From the NCBI RefSeq assembly GCF_009914755.1, contig NC_060933.1: a stretch of DNA of 64,000 bases; one strand, written 5' to 3'. The notes below the pieces were generated by a model. It had not been told where the DNA came from. It saw nothing but the letters and a program-made list of their open reading frames with translations, and did not search any database. Every line of letters starts with the position of its first letter. The first letter of the stretch is position 1. Positions 55,444 through 64,000 of this stretch are shown one piece after another. The DNA is from the human T2T-CHM13v2.0 reference genome, Homo sapiens. A program made the position numbers and the translations under genes.

Positions 55444-56222
55444 TATTACCAGGGGTCCTTGCTCCCAGAGCTCCTAAGATGGTGGCAGGCCACTTCCAAA
55501 ATGGCGGCAGGCCGCTTCCAAAATGGTTGCAAGCCTCATGTTCTCTGACCTGAGGTTCTTGGCCTCATGGATTCCAAGGAACGGAATCTTGCGCCATGAG
55601 GTGAGTGTTATAGCTCTATTAGAAGCTGTGGGTCACGGAAGAGAACCGTGGAACCCAGTGACTAGTGTTCAGCTCGATTAGGATGAACCTAGGCACTTAG
55701 TCATGCAGGAACAATGGCAAGCCTTTAGCCAGATCAGGAGTGGCAATGGGCACCTCGCTGGATCAGGAGCACAGTGGACACCCTGCCTGATCTGGAGGGA
55801 TGGAAGTCAGCGGCAGGTCTGTGACAGCGGCAAACAGCAGTGGTGGACGCGAGCGAAACTTCAGCTTGAGCCGTAACAAACATGGACCAGAAGAGTGCAG
55901 TTGCAAGATTTAATAGAGTGAAATAGAGTGGAAACAGAGCTCCCATATAAAGGGAGGGGACCCAAAGAGTGTAGCCGTTGCTGGCTGGAATGCCTGGGTT
56001 TATATCCTGATCATTGTCCCTCCCTCTGTGCTCTCAGGGGATAGATGATTGGCTATTTCTTTAACTCCTGTCTTTGCCTAATTAGCATTTTAGTGAGCTC
56101 TCTGATTGGTCCGGTGTGAGCTAAGTTGCAAGCCCCATGTTTAAAGGTGGATGAAGTCACCTTCCCAGCTAGGCTTAGGGATTCTTAGTCAGCCTAGGAA
56201 ATCCAGCTAGTCCTGTCTCTCA
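55444..56222 (-). mobile_element. HERV-W solo LTR (LTR17), full length, antisense to PCSK5
   Basis: Minus strand begins TGAGAGACAGGACTAGCTGGATTTCCTAGGCTGACTAAGAATCCCTAAGCCTAGCTGGGAAGGTGAC. 779 bp; 4-bp TSD CTAC (55440-55443 / 56223-56226); CCAAT boxes, TATA and ATTAAA present. Confidence 0.93.
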
Positions 56223-56322
56223 CTACCTTTGTGGTAAGAAAATGGTGAGATAAAATGTATGAGTGTATTTACATTTTTATTTACTTTGGCAAAGAGAAAA
56301 AAGATAACTAAGAAACTAATGA

Positions 56323-56833
<511 letters not shown>

Positions 56834-57384
56834 TTTAGCTGTATCTTTCTAGTTATGATTTGAACCAGATAAATATTTTACATATTCATAACAAATGACA
56901 TAGTAAGTAGTGTGAATGGACTCCCACTAGCCAAATGTAGGACAATTAGAGCATTTTTTTTTAAATGGGTGATAATTCCAACTCAATTAATATTTTAAAT
57001 CCATGCATCAATAGTGAAGAAAAAGGAAGAGAGAGGGGAATAGAATAAAAGGGAAAGCTCTTTTTTACAGAAAAAGTTCAGCTGTCATGTATTTCAGGAA
57101 AGAATTAGGAAATCATCATTTTGCATCCCCTAGTATATGAACCCAAAGGAGAATCATCAAATCATAAGTAGATATAAACACACTGGGTGGAAAGTTGCTA
57201 TGGAACAAGATCATCACACAGACTCAAAGTACTACTACAATTAATAGTTAATTACAATGAAGAGATTTGCTGGTTACCAACTTAAACAAGTTATTATACA
57301 TAACATCACTATTATCAGTTCCATAAACCTGACATTATATGTCTCCTGATGTGGTACTCAAGTAGATAATATCACCTCATATTC

Positions 57385-57666
57385 TTTTTGTTTTGTTGTT
57401 TTGTTTTGAGACAGGGTCCCCCTGTCATCCAGGTTTGAGTGCAGTGGCTTGATCATGGCTCCTGAGCTCAAGTGATCCTCCCCGCTCAGACTCCCAAGTT
57501 CCTGGGACTACAGGCATGCACTATTAGCCTGGACTAATTTATTTTTTGTAGAGGTGGGGTCTAGCTATGTTGCCCAGGCTAGTCTCAAACTCCTGGCCTC
57601 AAGCAGTCCTCCCACCTTGGCCTCCCAAAGTACTGGGATTACAGGTGTGAGCCACCGTACCCAACC
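57385..57666 (-). mobile_element. AluJ with internal deletion
   Basis: Antisense Alu body, (TTTTG)n tail, TSD tcacctc(a/g)tattctt. Confidence 0.88.
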
Positions 57667-57699
57667 CTCACCTCGTATTCTTGACAAAAGTGTCTAGAT

Positions 57700-57911
57700 C
57701 ACTGATTTTCAACTGGAGGCAATTATGCTTCCATGAAACACTTGTCGATGTTTCAGACAGTTTTGATTGTCGTGACTGGAAGGTTGTTACTTGCATCTGG
57801 TGGATAGAGGTTGAGGATGCTACTAAATATTCTATGATGCACAGGACTGCTCCCCCACAACAAAGAAATCCCTAGTCCAAAATGTCAATAATGCTGAGGT
57901 CAAGAAAAATC
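57700..57911. mobile_element. MER20 hAT-Charlie element
   Basis: cactgattttcaactggaggcaattatgc...ggatgctactaaatattctatgatgcacaggac...aaatgtcaataatgctgagg. Confidence 0.8.
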
Positions 57912-58628
57912 GTATTTAGCCTCAAGATAATCACAAGATAAATCAAGAATGTGGGGTATCTATAAGACAACTGGCCTGTACTTGGAAAGAAAATTCAATA
58001 TTAGGGGAAAAGTGAAAATTAGGGAATTAAAAAAATAAAGAGATAAAACAATCAAGAAAATGCAGAAGTATTTTTATTTTTATTTTGAGACAGTGCTCTA
58101 TGTCTGAAGTGCTCTGTCAGCAGAAAGGACTTAGAAGCTACAATACCCCAGCAGCAGTAAACACAAGTGCCTTGATTGTGGTTTCTAATACCATTCTCCA
58201 ATAAACAATACCAAGGCTCCTTAGAGAATTGGCTGATTTGGGGACTGGGACAGGAAATAAACAGGATGAGCCTGCAGCATCTTGTAATGACAGAATGTAG
58301 GAGGATAGAAAGGGGTATAGCTCAGAGGTAAAGCATTTGACTGCAGAAAGTAAGGAGGTGCTCAAAGGAAAAAATCCACAATGATGGAAATATGTCAAAG
58401 GGACACAAGAGCCAACTGAAGAGCTCTCACTGGCCTAAGCTGGAACAATTTGGGCAATAATATAGATAGAATGGTATTAGATTATAACCCAAAGAATAAA
58501 ATAAGTATCCATGAGTTCATACAAATATAAATAAATGGTGGATAAGTAAATAGGAAGGAGGCGACAAATCTTTCATGCAAAAGAATACCAAATAACTTAT
58601 TTAAATATTCCTCTTTTAAGAAAGTGAA

Positions 58629-58934
<306 letters not shown>

Positions 58935-59588
58935 CTACTACTTCTTACCTGTGACTTTTATCCAAGAGCACAGTATGGAAAGGGCAGGGGCAGAAGGACT
59001 TTACAGTGTAGAAAGCTGACAAACACTACGTCATACATGTGATAAAGGGAAACATCACCAGGGATAAATCATATGGATTGAATGTACTTTTGATACAATG
59101 TAATGAGAACCACTTTACCTCTATAGTCTTTCTGCCAAAAAACCATGACCCCAGTCTAGTAGTGAAGAAAATATCAGACAAATCCCAACGGAGGGACATT
59201 TTGTAAAATACCCAATTAATACTCAAAACTGTCCAGTTCATTAAACAAGTCAAGTCTGAGAAACTGTCACAGCCGAAAGGAGCCTAAGGAGATATGATGA
59301 GTAAATGTAATGTGGCATCTCAGGTGGGATTCTGAAACAGAGAAAAGACACTAGGTAAAAACTAAAGAAAGCTGAATAAATTACGGACTTTACGTTAGTA
59401 ATAACCACATTATAATAAAAATAAAGGACCTGATAGAGCTATTTGGGGTTTTAGAAATGTCCTATATCTTGATTGTTGGAGTGATTGCATGACTATAAGC
59501 ATTTGCCAAAATTTATAGAACTGTACACATAAAAAGGGCAAATGTTACTCTATGAAAATTGTATTTCAATCAATCTGGCTTGAAAAGT

Positions 59589-60204
59589 AGTCCAAGCATG
59601 GTAGCTCAGACCTGTAATCCCAACACTTTGGGAGGCCAAGACAGGAGGATGGCTTCAGGCCAGGAGTTCGAGACCAGCCTGGGCAACATAGCCAGATACC
59701 ATTTGTACACAAAATTTAAAAATTGTCAAGGTGTGGTGTGCATGGCTCTAGTTCTAGCTGCTTGGGATACTGAGGTGGGAGGAAGACTTAAGCCCAGGAG
59801 TTCAAAGCGGCAGTGAGCTATGATCACGCCACTGCACTCTAGCCTGGGTGACTGAGTTAGACCCCATCTCTAAAGAAAGAAAGAAGGCCAGGCGCGGTGG
59901 CTCATGCCTGTAATCCCAGCACTTTGGGAGGCCAAGGCGGGTGGATCATGAGGTCAGAAGTTCAAGACCAGCCTGGCCAAGATGGTGAAACCCCGTCTCT
60001 ATTAAAAATACAAAAAAATTAGCTGGGCGTGGTGGCACGCACCTGTAATCCCAGCTACTCTGGAGGCTGAGACGGAGAATTGCTTAAACCTGGAGGGACG
60101 GAGCTTGCAGTGAGCCGAGATTGTGCCACTGCACTCCAGCCTGGGTGACAGAGCGAGACTCCGTCTCAAAAAAAAAAAAAAAAAAGACAGAAAGAAAAAG
60201 AAAA
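59589..60204 (+). mobile_element. AluJ (59589-59885) with an AluS (59886-60204) inserted in its A-tail
   Basis: Head-to-tail Alus; gaaaagta flanks the pair. Confidence 0.92.
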
Positions 60205-60590
60205 GTACTTCAACATTAGAATGATTCCATTAATATTCTCTTTGCTGATTCTGTATAATACAGTAACTGAATTGCTAGCATTTATTGAATACTTACTAAT
60301 GTGCCAGGTGCTGTACTAAGTTTTTTAAGTATATTACCTGACTTAACTCTATGGAATAGATATAATAATTATTGTTCTCATTTTTCAGCTGAAGACATAA
60401 AGGTCAGAACATTTAGAAATGTGGATAAGTTCACTAGGCTGGTAACTAGTAGAATCAGGACTTGACCCTGAATAGCCCCAGACCAAAACTCATGTATTTT
60501 ATTACATTCCAATCATACTAGCTAATGTTCTTCCCTTCTGATTCTAGAGCAGAATATTATGCTTTTTTGCAATTATAAAAAGATAAAAGA

Positions 60591-60906
60591 GGCCGGGCGT
60601 GGTGGCTCACACCTGTAATCCCAGCACTTTGGGAGGCCGAGGTGGGTGGATCCCAAAGTCAGGAGATCGAGACCATCCTCGCTAACACGGTGAAACCCCG
60701 TCTCTACTAAAAATACAAAAACTTAGCCGGGCATGGTGGCGGGGTGCCTGTAGTCCCAGCTACTCGGGAGGCTGAGTCAGGAGAAAGGCGTGAACCTGGG
60801 AGGCGGAGCTTGCAGTGAGCCGCGATCGCGTGCCCCTGCACTCCAGCCTGTGTGACAGAAGCGAGACTCCGTCTCAGAAAAAATAATAATAATAATAATA
60901 AAAATA
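60591..60906 (+). mobile_element. AluY
   Basis: CpG-rich; diagnostic gagatcgagaccatcc..gctaacacggtgaaacccc and ggcgtgaacc...ggcggagcttgcag; (AAT)n tail. Confidence 0.92.
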
Positions 60907-62479
60907 AGATAAAGAAAGGCTTCTTTTCTGCCCCTTTCCTCAGTCCTTCATACTAAAGCCATCATATTTAGTTTTGGCTACATCTTCATGCCCAATGACA
61001 TAACTGACTCAACCAGTCAAACAGTGACACTGTTCTTCATAGTCATGCAAATTAATTTGGGTTCACTGCTCATCTAGAGCTGTCAGCCTTCAAGGCCTAC
61101 ATCTGGAAGGTTCTGAGATGGGATTGAGCACACAGGGGAGAGCTCTACAGCAGCAAGACTGAGAGAGTCAGTGAGCATATTTTCAGTTAGCCGTGGCATC
61201 CTCCCCACCACTTTACCTTCCTTCAGTTTCGTTTACCTCTACAAAGGACCTTCGTGCTCTGTGGGAAAGTGGGTTCTATTATAAGTATGTGATTGGCAGA
61301 AGACACCCTAACCCTTTTCATCTCAACCCACATTAAATTCAAGCTTCAAATCTAGGACTTAGAGAACCAACCTCATTTACTCTTACTACTCCATCTTTCC
61401 ATAGGAAATGAGACCCTAGTTCATAGAAAAAGTATTGGCGATATGGAAGACATGAAGTTCACTCTTTAATTTGCTATTGCAGCAGATATGCAAGGTTTTC
61501 AAGTTAAATACTGTGGACATTGACTGCTATTTATTTCACTTTTACTCAGATCTCTCACTGGAACATTTCCACATACTTTCAGAGGCACAAGAACGGTGTC
61601 AAACCATTTTGGTACCTTCCAAACCAAATATATTGCAGAATAAAATATATACCAGCAGTTTGTCTCCTTTAAATTGGAAGGAAGTGGCTGATTGTAAAAC
61701 CGCTGCTCAGCATTCATAAAGCATCGTCTTTTCAGGGACCTAGTGCATCATCCACTGTGTAGCCAACCTTAGTGCATGACCCAGGGAGTTACTGACCATC
61801 GTCTCCATGGGCAGATGGGGAAGGGACATTCAGGATGCCTCTTCTTCTTCTTCTTTTTTTTTTTTTAAGGCCAAACTCAGAGCCAGCTTCAGAGGAAGGT
61901 TTAGAATATAAATGCAATGTCAATAGTCTTCTGAAGATAAGAGAAACAAGCTCCATTAAACAGTTCTGTCTTTAAAAAAATTATAAACTGACTGTTTCTA
62001 TTTTGTATTCATTAGAGCCTCCCTGCCCCCTCATTGTCTAAATGATACCTCATTTCACAGATGGGTACTAAGAAGACATAAAACCTTTAAAAAAGAGAAC
62101 ACAAAGTTGGAAGAACTTGCAGACATTGTGCAGTTTCATTGTCCCTTACTCATCCTGGCTTTCTTCATTGATTCATTTGGCACATATTTATTGTGTACTT
62201 TTGTGCTTTCTGCTTTCCTATCACTTGTTCCGTTTATTCCACATATAATAGGACTGTATAGCCTAATATTTATCAAGCATCACCAGGCTACACGCTTAAT
62301 GTACGTGATGTGTTTTCACATCTGCAACCCAACAATTTTTACATATGGGGAAACTGAGGGTTAGAGAAATGTTGAAATGTGACCAATTTTATGCATATGG
62401 GAAATGACAGAGTAATTCAGAAGCAGTTTGTTTGGAGCAACCTTGTGCATAACTTTGCTCCCTGTCTTCACAAAGGAAG

Positions 62480-62850
62480 TAGTTGGCTTAGAAGCTCTTT
62501 GTTACAAGTAAACACTAGGATACACAGGGTTGTATTTCCCAAATCTCGGTGACTTCAAACAACACAGGTTTATTTCTCTCTCATGCTACATCTTCATCAT
62601 GGGTGAGCTGAGAACTCTGCTCTGTGTGATCCTTAATTCAGGACCAGGTTGATAGAGCAGCCACTACCTTGCCATGGCAGACACAAAGCAGACACTGGCT
62701 CTTAGAGGTTTCTCCAGGATGTGGCACTTGTACCTCCTGCTTACGTATTTTTGGCTAAAGCAAGTTACATGATTACGCCTGGGATCAGAGAGTGGGGAGG
62801 TGCAATCTTACCATGTGCCTGCAGAAAAGAGAGAAAATAATGATTGTGTG
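62480..62850 (-). mobile_element. Old MLT1 (J/K-like) LTR
   Basis: aaatctcggtgacttcaaacaacacaggtttatttctctctcatgctaca...ttggctaaagcaagttacatg. Confidence 0.65.
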
Positions 62851-63472
62851 TAATGGTGACAGTCTCACAGGGGAATGACTATGGGTCATGGGACTGTTGC
62901 TGGCATATTCTGAGCTTTCACATTGTGTGTTTGTACATGAAATAGTCCCAGATGTGTGCCCGATATGCTTCAATAAATTATTTCTCTTCTGCTCCTCTGA
63001 ACTTGTCCATTGTCTTACCTTGGAAATGTCTAACTTTTTTCTTCTCTCAAAGCAACTCTTTTGAAGAAGTCACTATTTAAAAAAAAAAAAAGATGAAATT
63101 TCCCCAAGTATTCTGTTATCTCACTTCTTTTATCTCTGGCAACTGATGAGTCAAGAAGAGGACCAGTGGTCAATGCCTTATAGTCAATAGGTAGGCTGTC
63201 AGCTAAAAGGACCTTGACCCTTCTTTAGTGTCATTTTTCAAATGCCTACTGTGACAATAGCAAGTGCTGCTGTCTCTTGCCTTTGTTTGCTGCCTAAAAA
63301 ATGTATTCGCCCATATAAGACACGTCTTGGGAATCTGAACAGCATCTCTCAGTTTTTGAGTTAGATTCAAGAAATATTTCCTGAGCATCTACATCAGGCT
63401 AGACATGGGGATATAAAGATGAATAAAGCTTGTTCTTTGCTCCTAAGCTGCTCACATGCAAATGCGATAGGC

Positions 63473-63963
<491 letters not shown>

Positions 63964-64000
63964 ATTAAGATAGATATAGAAACAGATAACTTCAACATCT

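Overview
Primate, almost certainly human, genomic DNA from the middle of PCSK5 (proprotein convertase PC5/6), transcribed on the + strand. The window covers the point where the two main isoforms diverge. It holds the alternative last exon of soluble PC5/6A (1848-1963, encoding ...ATEESWAEGGFCMLVKKNNLCQRKVLQQLCCKTCTFQG*) with a ~2.5 kb 3' UTR. Four cysteine-rich coding exons of membrane-bound PC5/6B follow (36112-36214, 42069-42205, 47565-47771, 49221-49289), and their splice phases join into one open frame. The rest is intron filled with Alu, L1, L2, MIR, MaLR LTR and DNA-transposon relics, plus a full-length antisense HERV-W solo LTR (LTR17) with its target-site duplication. Almost all ORFs in the supplied track are spurious. 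I found no new protein-coding system. The most interesting observations are: (1) an Alu carrying a ~38-bp insertion copied from unique sequence 2.2 kb away, plus other small templated or fold-back insertions; (2) a 516-nt phase-symmetric exon block flanked by long introns and inverted Alus, a candidate circRNA with an endless ORF; (3) a cryptic acceptor in the PC5/6A UTR that would delete the PLAC domain; (4) an RBFOX motif cluster, a perfect ERE, a triple GAS motif and an antisense HERV-W promoter. Gene identity, exon numbering and repeat subfamilies come from recalled sequences, not database searches, and repeat boundaries are approximate.
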